A stretch of 64,000 bases of DNA. It comes from Trichoplax sp. H2. Its lineage: Eukaryota. Below are positions 50,779 through 64,000 of this stretch, piece after piece. Positions within the stretch are counted from its first letter, which is position 1. Every line of letters begins with the position of its first letter. Both the position numbers and the translations under genes were made by a program. The notes beneath the pieces are model-generated. The model did not search any database, was not told the origin of the DNA, and saw only the letters and a program-made list of their open reading frames with translations. The stretch is from positions 62,001-126,000 of the forward strand of contig NOWV01000203.1 in NCBI GenBank assembly GCA_003344405.1. The letters are read 5' to 3'.

Positions 50779-53700
50779 ATGAAAAATGAAAATATTCAAT
50801 CTCTACGCCAACTGGGATACAAGGCTTTACGATTAGGACACTATTGCCAAGCTCAGAGCCATTACATTGCTGCCCTTAATATCATTAATAGCTTAAAGAC
50901 TGATCGTATCGTCGATAAAGAATTAGAATGTGATCTTTATCTTGATGTTTCCATAGTATTAGCGAAACAACTTCATTTACTTCAAGCTCTTGAATATTGT
51001 CAACGATCGCAAAAATTAGCTGGAGCAATAAATGATCAATATCGCTTAGCTAAATTGTTGGATAACCAAGGTAATATTAATAGGTTACAGGAATTATTTC
51101 AAAAAGCACTAGACAGTTACCGTGCAGCTCTTAAATTAAAATTAAAACTATTTAAGAGCTCCAATTTAGATATTACAGATACATTTTACGGCCTAGGACG
51201 CGTATATTATGATCAATCTAAATTTAACGATGCTTTATGTATGTATCAAAAGGCTAAAGATATTCGATTACAGATATTAGGTGATGATAATCTAGAAATT
51301 GCTGAATTATATTATAGCATTGGTAATATTTTAGCTCAACAGCGGAAAGATGAACAAGCATTATCTATGCATAAGAAATCTCTAAACATTCGCATAAAAT
51401 TACTAGAGAAGAAGGATTTAGAGATCGCCACATCGTATCAAATGATCGGTTTAGTATATATGAATCAACGCAAAATAGATGATGCTTTACTAGCTTATCA
51501 GAAGGCTTTGGATATTCGAATTGAAATGAAGAATGATAGCTGTGTAGAAATTGCTGAATCTCAAGTTAGCCTTGGTGATATTTATTATGAGCGAAGTCAA
51601 TATAAAGACGCTGAGGCAAAATATCGCATTGCCTTGGGCATTTATACCAAATTATTACACGAGGATAATCAAAATCTTTATATGGCTAGACTATTCAATA
51701 AAATTGGCAATATATTCTTTCGCCAATATCAGTTCAAAGAGGCATTATCATCGTATCAAAAGTCTCTTAATATTCGATTACATGTGCTAGGAAAGACTTC
51801 CTTAGATGTATCGGATTCATACGAAAAAATTGGTTGCCTCTACATTAAGCAAATAAATTTCACTGATGGATTATCGATGTTGTACAAAAGTTTAAGCATT
51901 AGATCGGAAATAGTAGGTAATGATAGTCTGCAAGTTGCGGATTCCTACTTTAATTTTGGAGCAACTTATTACAAAGAAGAAAAGTTTACTGATGCCCTGA
52001 CTATGTTTCAAAAATGTGTCGATATTCAAATTAAAACATATCGAGAGCTTACTTTCGATATCACTACTGTCAATCACGCAATCGCTACAGTGCTTACTGG
52101 CCAAGGTAATTATGAAGATGCCTTGGCATTACATACAAAATGTTTAAATTTTCGATTGAATAAATTAGGTGAAAGCCATCTTGAAGTAGCTTTATCATAT
52201 GACAAGATTGGCGATGTTTATTGTCATCAATTAAAGTATATAGAAGCTATGTCCATGTATCGAAAGTCTTTAAACATTCGTCTGGCTCAATTAGGAGAAA
52301 ATAATTTAATTATTGCTGAATCATACGATAACATAGGTAAAATTCATGAATGCCAACATGATTATGATTCGGCATTATCTATATATGAGAAGTCTTTAAC
52401 TATACGTTTGGAAATGTTAGGAAAACATAATTTGCTGGTTTCAAAATCCTATGACGATATTGGCAATGTCTGTCGGTTATTATATCATTATCCAAAAGCT
52501 ATAACTGCATTTCAACAATCACTCAATATTCAAAGTAAAGTTTTAGGGAAGGACAAAAGCGCGTGTAAAAATGCCAAGGTTTCTCCATCTGGTAGTGGAA
52601 ATGAAGACTTGGGTAAAAAGCTAACCTCAATGCATGAAAGTATCGCATCAACTCTACGAATGATTAGGTTACAATTGATCGATGTTGATAACATAGGCAT
52701 CTATCGATCTTATCGTAATTTTGGGGTGGTTCGCTTCGCTGGAACTAAATATGAGGACAGTTTATGCCTGTTTCAAAAATCACGAAATGTTCGATACCAA
52801 ATATGGGGAAAAAACCGTCAACATTATTATCTTTCGTGCCGGCTTGAAAAAAATGATGATCATTCGCGCACAGAATATCCTAACACTCTTTCTCAATATC
52901 AAAGAGCATTGCAAACACTATTAAAGAACATTGAACATGTTGATGTATCTGTGGCTAATTCATGCGATTACCTCGGTAACATTTGTGAGAATATCTATCG
53001 ATGTACGGATGCTTTATCATTATATCAAAAATCGCTTGAAATTCGCCAGCAAATATTCGGAGAAAATCATAATTTAGTAGCTAATTCGTATGACAATATT
53101 GGATGCATCTATTGCAATCTATCTAAGTATGAAGAAGCCATAGACATGTTTAATCTCTCTTTGCGTATTCGACAGAAAAAATTAACAAATATTAATAATA
53201 TGCGAATAGCTGAGTGCTACGGAAATATTGCTCACGTAAAGTTTATTTCGTTTTGTTACAAAGATTCTCTTACCATGTTTGAAAAATTCTTGGAAATTAT
53301 GTCAACCTTACTTGATGGACACCATATCAGTACAGCTGATGTCTATAATAATATCGGAGTAATAAAATATCATCTATCAGATTGTACGGAAGCATTAAAG
53401 GATTATCAAGCTTCGCTAGACATTCGTTTAGCACTACTTGGCAGTAATCATCGATATGTTGCAGATTCATATTATAATATTGGCATGGCTTATAGATATG
53501 AGCACCATTATGATAAAGCGATAGAATCACTTCAGAAATCGGTCAATATTTACACACAGTCTTTAAGACCTAATCATAGGCAAATTGTCGATGTTCGCCG
53601 TATCATTAAAATAATGAATCGTAAATATTCTCCAAAAACATCAAAATCTAAACTGAATATCATATCCAAATTTGTTGGTAATAATGCTCGTCAGCATTAC

Positions 53701-55213
53701 CAAGATTTATCCTCGACTATTCAATCTTCGGTGCAACAAGCTGATAATTTTCAAGGTAAGGACAATTAATGGCATAATTTATAATACAAGCATGATTTGA
53801 TTTATGTAAAGTAATTTTTTATGTCATGATACTGAATTTTAACTTTACTGAAAATGATAGAAAATGAAAACATAACGTCTTCCAATATTAATGAGTCAAA
53901 TGCTAGCCAAGCCGAAGATGGCAAGTAGATATACTGTAACTTACTCTTAAAACCTTTTCTTATAAACTAGCACAAAATTTATTTCCCGGTAAGTCCAATG
54001 TGTGGGCATATAACTCAAAAACGATTAATAAGAACAAAATAATTTTTTTGCAGATGAAATTAAGCAATCAACAGTGAATGGAGAACAAACGGTAAGCAAT
54101 ACAATTGCTGTAAGGCATGATTAATTGATTATTGAATATCATACTGTTAGGCATTCAATCCCTTTAATGTAACTAGGAAAAAATCATACTGTAGTGTTAC
54201 GGTCCCTCGAAAGATGAATTTTATTATTTTGAGTGAGTAATTCCCTATAATGGCAGGCAGAAAGCAGTTTACCGTAAATATACTTCTGAGGATAATACCG
54301 ACAGGCTAAAATTTTTAGGAAATTTACTACAATTCCGGCATATTCTAGTTTTGTTATTACTAGGCCAGTTTAAAGCTGTTGCGAATCTACTAAAAGTAAT
54401 AAGTATGCTTCTTTATATTGTTTTGTAGAAGGTACCAGTATATAATATCTTACTGTATCTCAATCATGTTTATGCAAAACAGCTATGTGCATAATTGAAT
54501 TAAATATGATACAGTCTATAAGTGCTTAGCCTTATTTAATCTAGGACAGCAAACTACTTCCGAATAGTTAACATATCTTGCTTTACAATATCATAATTTG
54601 TAGATATTTCGATACAGTGGTTATTTATTAGTGCTATTTGTGGTACCTTATTCGTATGTTAAGCTATCCTAAGACAGACTTGTATACTAAGACAAAATTG
54701 CAAATAACAACCGGCACTTTAATCGCAGAGCAGTAGTCATCATGCTATAAATCCATTCAATATTCTTTCGCAAGCTTTGAGCTTTATCCTCTTCGCAATA
54801 ATAGAAGCGCTTAGTAAAACCTTACACAATTCATGATGCCAGGGTAGGTTAAACCTACTAACGCACTCATATTTAAAGAAAACGATCGAAATTAGAAGGA
54901 TAAATTATTATAGTCTAAGATTTCAAAGGCGAAGTTATAAAAAATTCGTTATTCGTCTTGTTCTGTACTTATAAACATTATAGCAATACATTGACCTATG
55001 ATAAATTTCTTTCTCATAACGATATTTACTCCAATTTAGATGATTTTAATTTAATTTGATTTAAAAGTAGTATTGCTAATTGAAAGGTAATTTCTGCTAT
55101 AATATACGATTTTTAGTAGTATATCAAATGCCTGAAATTAGTTTTTATTCATAAATTATCTCTTTTAGGACTCCATAAACGATCAAAGTTCCAAAATATG
55201 TGTTATACTATAG
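50779..55213 (+). CDS. Long tetratricopeptide-repeat protein (NPHP3/kinesin-light-chain-type ~42-aa repeats); main exon 50779-53755 plus inferred exons 53861-53920, 54054-54091, 55169-55213
   Basis: Repeats of the type A.SY.NIG.VY..Q.KY..AL.MYQKSL.IR...LG. Donor CAAG|GTAAG at 53755. The downstream exons are phase-compatible. The main ORF is secure; the tail is inferred. Confidence 0.8.
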
Positions 55214-58179
55214 ATGACTGATGATTGGAGCATGAAATATGAAAGAATTTGAGGATAATATTACGTCCTTGATAATATTCGCGTATAATTTCTTAATATT
55301 AATGATTTAATCAATGGTATTTGAATACGCTGAAGGTATCCGATAATGTGATCTAAATTTTAACCTAATTTAATTCAATCTTATTAGTGTTGGCAAAATT
55401 GTTACAAATAATGAATAGATTTTTTTATGAAATAGTAAGGTACTTTATATCAATGCCGCAGCGCATATGATATAACAATAAGTAATGGCATCTATAATAA
55501 TAGTTATAAACATGTAATTGATTGGCTATAGTTAGTAAATATAAAGAGTGATACTATAATGCAAAGTAAAAAGTACGAGTACGTAGAGTGCACCAAATAT
55601 TACGAACGTGGGTTCGATTACTATTATGTAAACTTGCTGTCTTAATAGATTCAAACAAGAAAATATTCTTTATATCCTTGATTTCGATCAAAGATGCATC
55701 TCTTGTATTAATATTATTTCTTCTTTTAGTAATTGTATATTTTAATGCACCCTAATCTCATATAAGAGATATTTAATTAAATTAATAAAATATAAATTAT
55801 TAAAAATGGTTAAGAAATGGTTATTTCCGTCAACAAATTTTAATGAACATAATGGTACATAATTTAATGATAGCGAATTTAAGACATGATATAACGCGCT
55901 AATTCCGATAAATTTAACGATGAGAAATAGCTGTATAGACAACTGATGAGAAATTAAGATTGACACTTTACATCCTCAATACTTTATTAAATGCAATACA
56001 ATTTATTTTTATTTTTATCAGCAGTTAAGTTCGGAAAGCTTTGCTTTAAAACATATTTTAACTTTCAGCATCCATAAAATAAGCTACTGCTTTATTAAAA
56101 CTCTAATTAATTTGCAAAATGGGAGTAGCTGAACAATTCTAGCATGTGTGTTGGCGTTTCTTTGAACTAAAACCGCATTCTGCATAAAGAAAATAATAAT
56201 AATAGTTATCATTTAAATAGCTCTTGTATGATGGTTGTCACGCAAGAATAACTACCGATATCTTATAATTATCTTAAAATAATAAGCTACCAAAGGATTC
56301 TAGTAAATATACCGATTAAATTATAATGCGGCTTTAATTACACTAATAGACTTTGTTATTGAAGTTTACAATAATTTAGCTTATTACTTTAGCTTACTCA
56401 TTACTTAAAAATGAATGGTAATTCAATTTAGTTAAAATAAAGCTATTTCAGTTTAAGGCATCTATAGTGATTCACCAAATTACCTCAATAATAGATTGGC
56501 CTCACCATTAGATAAAAGTAAAACATAGTCATAGCAAATTAAGCCAGCTAGATAAGTAATTATTGCTTTTATTTATAAATTTTGAGCAAGTAAAAAGAAT
56601 ATAGGCTATGAAAATCTCGATTTGCATTTGTATTTCTAACCAGCATAAACGAAAAGCTGATTGAATTATTACGGATGGTAAAATCTAAAACATTGTGGTA
56701 CAGAAATGCTGTTTATGAAGCTTATAAAATATTTCAGAATTTAAAGCTTCTAGTCTAGTAATGAATTTCTTTTTAGGATCAGCAGCTCTTATCTGTCAAT
56801 ATGTACCTTAATATATTATTTCTACAATATGTTGAGATATTTTATGTAATTCATTCAAAATTTCTAGAAAATTACCTACACGAATAAAATAAAGAATGTT
56901 ATTTTATCTAGTATTTCTTTTGCTCGATGGCGGTAAAAACACATCTGCTGTAATTGTTGAAGTCTAGAAATAAATTAAATGGCATTAACTATGAGTTTGT
57001 TATCAAACTGGTAAACCCAAATACTTACATGATTAGGCGTAAATATAACAGGAAACATATTAGAAAATGGAAATATTTCTACAAGTAACAGTGGTTTTGA
57101 TAGATATGATTACTGTAGAGCGGTCCCAAAGTTAGTTGATAATTGGAGTTATAAGATTTACGAAAATAGTTCAAGTTATACGTTTAATTTTAAGATTATG
57201 CAAGTACCTATTTCTACATTATATTAACGATACTCATTATCGCTGTTTTGCCGCAATGAATATATTAGGAATTTTAAATAATATTAGATAGTAATCAATA
57301 ATTACCACCAAAAATTCACTGCGAATTAAAAACCATGGTTAATTGTAGATCATGTGATACTAATAGACGTAATCAATTTAAACGTAAAAAATCTATACCA
57401 TCAAATAGAATCAAAGTAAATTAAAAATTGGATTGATCTTTTATATAGATCAGTATCATTATAAGGTAAATTAATTCACCTAAACATGATTTAATGTTAA
57501 AAAGAAGCTGGTAATGGGGTTAGATACTTACAGCGGTGAATTTTGAGAGTGTAATAGTAATATAATGTAGCACTATGATGTACAATAGCTTTTTTTTTAA
57601 ATATTTATAGGAGATGGCTGTTATGATGAAACAGTATATTTGTACTATTCAAAGTATTAACAGTGCGTAACCAATAGCCATATAAAATTCTATTTTTGAG
57701 CAATATAATAAATATAAATCTTAACTATACGTAGAACATTTTTAGAGGAATATAGAAAGGAATTTTGAAAAAATTGAACAGAATTATTGTGAAAAGTCTA
57801 TAAAATTGATTATTCGGTTTATCTTCGCCACTTTTAACGGTTCTTATGAGAGTAAATAAGTGAATTCTTTTCTCACAGACGGATTCCAATAAATGTTATC
57901 TTTAAGTTAAAGGTGAAGTTGGCTATACGTGTCATATTGAAGATTTGCTCCATTTTAATAACTTAAATTTTGAGTTGGATAAAATGCGGCCCTAAGGGAT
58001 AAATAACCCGAAACATTTCATATTTAACTAAGCGGAATAAAAGTAAGCAATTCGCTTTGCATGCCTCTGTAATGTAACTAGTATTGTGATTGTAGACTGT
58101 TAGCCATGTTTAGTGTAATGTACGGTAGACATTTATCCTAAGAGATATTTGGTAGCTATAACTATAGACTGTAGTGGTA

Positions 58180-58620
58180 TAGACTCTATGCTAGAGTACA
58201 GATGACTATATACAGTAAAGTGATATATTATATAAATTATTAATTAAGTTACTAATAAGGCTATAGGTAAAAATAGAACTGTAAATCATATATTAGGATA
58301 TGGTTAATTCATCGTACTTTGGCTAGTGTGAATAATGTCTACGTAAGTACTGTAGTCGTATCCATATTGGATTAATGATGGTCCATGGTAGAATAGTCTT
58401 ACTAAGAATAATTTAACTATGTGTAAAATAAGGTAAAAGGTTGCCATGTGGATTGTAGCTGCGAATGCTACGAAAAGTATAAAAGCATGCAACTCTAGAT
58501 TACTCTGTTAGTTCATTCTAGAAGTCTTTAGTATTAGTATTCGGCTAGAGTAGAGCTGTGTGTAGTTAATCCTTATATAAGATTCAATAAAGCCCTTATT
58601 TTTCTAAAATTTGGAATCTC
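58180..58620. repeat. Diverged copy of the dispersed repeat at ~1960-2740
   Basis: Shared collinear blocks: tacagatgac.atata.agtaa, ggtaaaaatagaac.gtaa.tcatatattaggatatg, ccatattggattaatgatggtcc and tagagtagagctgtgt. Confidence 0.8.
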
Positions 58621-58746
58621 GTGATTGGTATATATCACAGCCTCACATTTAGTTTGATCAGTAAAATAAATGAAAAGTAAATATTAGTAAAAGAAATAAA
58701 TAAATAATTAGGGATGTACAGTATATCTGTGCAAGTCACAATAAGG

Positions 58747-58872
58747 TTAAACACAGCTCACTACCATTGTTCAAATTATAAAATTTGAGACATTATTTCT
58801 ACTTTTATTAAACACAGCTCACTACCATTGTTCAAATTATAAAATTTGAGACATTATTTCTACTTTTATTAA
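58747..58872. repeat. Exact 61-bp tandem duplication bounded by TTAA
   Basis: ttaaacacagctcactacc...ttctactttta begins at both 58747 and 58808. Confidence 0.92.
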
Positions 58873-61354
58873 GAATATTTCCTAAAATCATTACACTAGA
58901 ATATACTAATTGAAACGCAATGCCACTGATATTATTAAAATTTTTCTTGCTTATGTTAAAGTCAGTTTTCTAAGAAAATTATCGATCTTTAAAGAATTAT
59001 TCATAAATTACGCACATGCTAGATTCAAGTAGATTTACTATATCTAGATTTATGTTTCATTTTAATTGCAATTAAAATTTACCGGTCAATATTGGCTTTT
59101 TAAGTTATCTAGGTTTTTTCGCTTCGTCAATTTAGATAGCTAAGGAGGAGTAAATATTTACTTCTGAAACCTTATAATGTAAAGTTTGGCTAGTAGAGCT
59201 TTCTTGATTGTTATTCTGAATTAATGAAACTGATTTATAAATACTGATTAGAGCATCTAAAACAATAAACTTCTGACTGTTTTACTTGCTCACCGAGATA
59301 TAAAGATAGTAGACTCATAAAGGTATAACTTATTAATTAGCAGAAGTATGCTTTGCGCATATAATTAAGAACGATCTCTTATAAGAGATTACTCATGAAT
59401 ACAATGTAGTTGAGAGATTGACTACTGCAGTGATGCTGAATTGAGCAATATTAGCCAATAGATAAAATAAAATGATACTCATGGATCAAAAGGTTGTTAA
59501 TAGGATCAAAGTAGACTAACTGCAATAATATCATTAGACATACAAGTATTAAAAGGGTTATCCTAAATAGCTAATACCAATGATATTACTCTTCGAGCAA
59601 GTCAGAATCGCGTAAAATTTTCAGTTTCAAGTTTCTCGAGTTGGGATACAAAAAATAAAATAAAGGTCCATCCAAGTATTTATTAAAAGGCTATTTTTGA
59701 ATAATTGCAATTTACAAAACAAATTAGCTATATCAACAAAGATAATGCGCCTATTTAAAATTATCTCCTGATTCACAATCTTGATCGTAACGTAAGAATA
59801 GAAATCTCTACAGTTTATTCCATTTGTCCGAAACTGGTAATTAACGATAAATGTCTAAATGCAATGTCAGTAACATTTTAATAAAATCTATTGCTATCGT
59901 GCAAGTTGCAACCGGTTATTTACGATATTATTACTAGCTATCTTCTCATAATAATTATGGATGAAACATGAGCATTGTAAGTAAATAGTTGAGTCAGAGT
60001 CAGAATTAGAGAACATTATTTCTATTTCAGGTACATTAATTAAAATAATAACTAGATACCATCAAGATGCATAATACATTTTATTTAATTTTTTCCTGAA
60101 TTCAATGGACACAAATTACATTAATTAAATGAAGTGATGAAGTAGCACTTTCACATAGCGATGAGTTTGTTTAATAATGCAATTATAAACGTTAAATTAT
60201 AAGTTCAGTTTGAAATTTTGAAAGTAGCTCCTTTGCAGGTTGAATTATTTTTTCTTAATTACTTTGCCTTGCATGCTTAAATTTAAATAGACAAAGAAAC
60301 GATGTTTATATATTAATTATACAATTCTCTTTTTCGAAAATAGAAGACTAGTGTTCTTCAATAATTTATTCTTCGATTCATTAAACAGTTCTGTTGTCAA
60401 TTCTTAATTAATAAATTCAATTTTAATTGCGTGTTCGTTATTGTGTGTTATCTTGCTGGCCAATAGGTAACTAAGCTAACATTTTGAATACGCTATTGAA
60501 AAGGTTAATTTTTTTGGAGTCTTTTTCGATAAGATTGTAAAAAATTTTATACAGATCACTTTGACTTACGTCTATAGCCAATTGATATTATAATATCAAG
60601 TGAATCAATTTTAGAAACAAATAGGCTAATTTCAGGTATATCTACAATTCCATTCCCGTCAATTCTTTACGGGATATTTATCCCATTATTATTATTTTAG
60701 AGGTCACGCCGAACTATTCATGGTACCATTGGCTATTTCGAAGCACACCTTTTATGCTAAATTAGTCCCTCATGGGTAAGCACAAATGAATAATTAACTC
60801 ATAGATTTGAAATTTCATTTTAAAATATTATAATAGAAGGTTGTTTTTAAAGGTTTCCTTCATGAATAAGGCTAATTTGCAAAAATTGAAGAATAGATGA
60901 ATCATCAGGATAATAATTGTAAATATTCAATGGCTAAGATGACACCAATAGAATTCTAACTGGACTGGATAATTAATTTGGATAGTAGTAAATCATCTTC
61001 AAGAATAAGTTTATCATATTATTTTGCATCATTTATTCAACGATATCTCTTTCGGCTCCAGATATTGTAATAAAAAGTCTTAGCCGGAAATGATCGACAG
61101 CGAATAAGATAACATCGATATCACTTATTAAAGTAATTGAATAATTGTCTTCTTTCAAAACTTTTAATAGAAATTGTGAGAACAGAAATTTTCTCATTTT
61201 ATTTCTCCCAAATGTGATAGAGGACCATAGTAATAACATCATTTAAACAGAAATCAGAATTAACGAGGCCGTTTATTAGCAACTTCAACACATTTTTAGT
61301 TTGAAGTTTAATCTTTGGATTATTATCTGTTAGATAGCACCATAACAAATCTCC

Positions 61355-62512
61355 ATGAATTCTTCGCGTGGTAATGGCCTTGGTTATGGTCATGGAAATA
61401 TGGACCTAGGAAATATGAGTCATGGAAATATGGGTATAGGGAACTTGAACCATGGAAATATGGGCCAAAGCAATAGGGGCCAAGGACATATGGGTCATTC
61501 ATCACATAATAATTCTACCATGAATATGACACATATGATGGCCACTCAATTACCACCCGATATAGTGATAGCCTTTATTACCTTAACTTTATTAGCCTTT
61601 ATAGGTTTCATTATTAATGCTATCCTTGTTATCATCGCAATTCGTAGTAATCACAAGAAAACCGCAGCTGATGGTCTTGTTGCACATTTATCTATCTGTG
61701 ATCTATTAACGACTATACCAACATTAAGCTACTGCTCAGTTATTTTCGTTTTTCGTGGTTTCGGTTGGCCAACGCAATTGATGAATATATTATGTAAAGC
61801 AACTATTTTCTGCCTCACTTTCTTCTATTCTTTAACTGTAAGTACTTTAACATTAATGTCTATAGAGCGATATCGTGCTATTATTTATCCGATGAAACCT
61901 CGTGTTTCTAGAAAGAGCTTGTGTATCCTATTAGTATTTATGTGGCTGTTAGTCGCAATCGTTCCTGCCTTAGGCATAAAAAATACTGCCGTTGATCCTC
62001 ATAACGGATATTTATGTGTACTACAAGGTGCACATCAGCATTATATCGTTGTACTTAATTTCAGCTACTGTGTGATTATTGGCTATATCATACCAGCTTG
62101 TATCATGTTGTATTGCTACAGCAAGATTATTAAAAAATTGAAACAAACATCCTTAACTAACAGAGAAAGCTTAAGGATAGAATCTCAACGCGAATTTCAA
62201 AAGAAGCGTGCTATCAAAATATTAATGGCGGTTTCTGTAGTGTTTATTTTAACTGGTATTCCTTTAGTTATCGGCTTGATTATCCACATTTACATGGATA
62301 GCAAACTGTCTCAATTGACACATTCCGATCACGATCTGATCAATAGTTTAACATTGCTATTTTGGATACTCTTGCAATTTGCTCCTCTTTACAATCCTAT
62401 TATTTATTTCGCCAAGAAGAAAAATTTCTGGCAAAATTTTAATCACAAGACTGATCCAGTTTTACATGTAAGTCAGACTGTAACAGCGATGACTCATTCA
62501 AATGCTAAATAA
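61355..62512 (+). CDS. Class A (rhodopsin-like) GPCR, intronless
   Basis: Seven hydrophobic segments, LSICDLL (TM2), C...SIERYRAIIYP (TM3), MWLL (TM4), YIIP (TM5) and NPIIY (TM7). Confidence 0.95.
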   Translation: MNSSRGNGLGYGHGNMDLGNMSHGNMGIGNLNHGNMGQSNRGQGHMGHSSHNNSTMNMTHMMATQLPPDIVIAFITLTLLAFIGFIINAILVIIAIRSNHKKTAADGLVAHLSICDLLTTIPTLSYCSVIFVFRGFGWPTQLMNILCKATIFCLTFFYSLTVSTLTLMSIERYRAIIYPMKPRVSRKSLCILLVFMWLLVAIVPALGIKNTAVDPHNGYLCVLQGAHQHYIVVLNFSYCVIIGYIIPACIMLYCYSKIIKKLKQTSLTNRESLRIESQREFQKKRAIKILMAVSVVFILTGIPLVIGLIIHIYMDSKLSQLTHSDHDLINSLTLLFWILLQFAPLYNPIIYFAKKKNFWQNFNHKTDPVLHVSQTVTAMTHSNAK

Positions 62513-64000
62513 GAAACAAAGCTAACGGTCAATATGAGGAATTCATGTTCAGAATCATTACATTTCTAATGTGTATTCATATTTCGTATGACTAGACAAT
62601 ATAGTATCTATTTGGAATACGAATAAAAAATATAGGATAGGCGTACATGCGCCAGAAAGTACGTCTAGTACATCGACGATTCTTATAAAAAATAGTGATG
62701 ATGCAGTTACTCAAATATTTATAACTATTCTCTTTTGCATTAAGTAGAGCACCTTCAGAATTAGATAAAACTTCTTAATAAGGGATGTCTAAATTGATGA
62801 CATAAAATGATATTCTGTTTGCTCTTATAATTTATGAAGATATTACTCATCCTTAAAAATACGACTATAAGATAATTATATTATATTACACGTAGAAAGT
62901 TATCAGGATATTACTTCCGATAGCAATGCCCAGCTGCAACGTAAAAGCTACTAATATTAACTCTGATGTGCTTACATTCTACTAAAATACCGTAGGTATC
63001 ATAGAATTTTTTTGATATGGGCGTATACATGTCAGTGAACAATAAAGAATACTTATAAGCTCCAATAAATATCATCTGCAAAAAATGCATTAATTTTGTT
63101 TATAAAAGATCTTGAAGTTATTGCATACTACTATATTAAATAAGTAGTCGTCTTCAGAATTAAAAAAGCTTTGACACGTACAAAATGCCCGTACATCAAA
63201 GTATAAGTTATACAAATATACTGCGATTAAACTCTGCTTAATTTAAGAACAGAACAACAATACTTTATAGCACTCACAAATATGGTAATGACTCATTATT
63301 AACCAGGCTGAAAGATATTATTTCATGTCCTTTTTATTCGTATCATGTAGAAGATGAAAACTTAATCATGACGTTTCATATAGTATCGAAGTAGGGGGAG
63401 AAAGAGTTACTTCAATAAGTTGCCAAAGTTAAGTAGTTATGGTGGTATTACGTACAGTGATGGACATTTACAAAGTACTCTCATTTATCATGACTCATTA
63501 GATTGACTGCCATTTCTGCCTTAACGTACGAGGTATATTTTTCTCTTAGATAATCCAGTATTTATGATTATGTTATAAGTGATGATAATTTTACAAACTT
63601 TCATTACTGTTGATCAGAAATATATTCCGTTATTGATTTCTTCTTTGCTAATCAATATCGATACATCGACAATTAGATAGTTAATTTCGGTTGTATCCTG
63701 TAGCTATAACTACGTTATAAGTGTTGATAATTATTCAACCTACTATTAGTATTGGTCAGAAAAGATTCTGTATTAATTTTTCCTACACATATTATATTTC
63801 ACTCAATGCATGAAGCTGTAAATAAGTGATTAAAGCTATAATACTTTTCCGATTGCTATAATTCGTACTGGTAAAATCATGTTTATACAGCAGCAATTAC
63901 TATAACCATTTATCGGTAAAATTTTATATTATAGTCAATTTTTATCGATAATTATAATCGAAAAATTTCTTACTTATAATTGCTCAATTTCTTCTTTAAT

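Noticed and set aside
55570..55625. GGGTTCGATT B-box-like motif (possible tRNA)
   Set aside because: No cloverleaf stems or A-box could be built around it.
61355..62512. GPCR as an opsin partnering the luciferase-like genes
   Set aside because: TM7 (LLQFAPLYNPIIY) lacks the retinal-binding lysine, and the hydrolases carry the dehalogenase-type HGNP motif.

Overview
AT-rich, compact, intron-dense animal DNA, not a prokaryote. Short GT-AG introns, an intronless rhodopsin GPCR and an NPHP3/kinesin-light-chain-type TPR gene suggest a placozoan such as Trichoplax (inference). I spliced most genes by hand. From left to right: the 3' end of a LamG/mucin-stalk/TM (neurexin-like) protein; a head-to-head pair of D-2-hydroxyglutarate dehydrogenase paralogs; an intronless CYP4-clan P450 with a dead 3' duplicate; two tandem haloalkane dehalogenase/Renilla-luciferase-family genes; NOA1; a DDHD2/SEC23IP-like phospholipase; MCMBP; a C16orf89-like membrane protein; a long TPR protein; and a class A GPCR. 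Most notable: both dehalogenase-like proteins end in peroxisomal PTS1 signals and lie beside the P450 and the diverged 2-hydroxyacid dehydrogenases (possible detoxification cluster). Also notable are a U12 AT-AC intron in MCMBP, a 12-nt microexon in the DDHD gene, hidden exons that give the TPR protein a CaaX end, a His/Met-repeat GPCR N-terminus, and a tandem array of RNA-like hairpins. Exon boundaries are manual and untested by transcript data.
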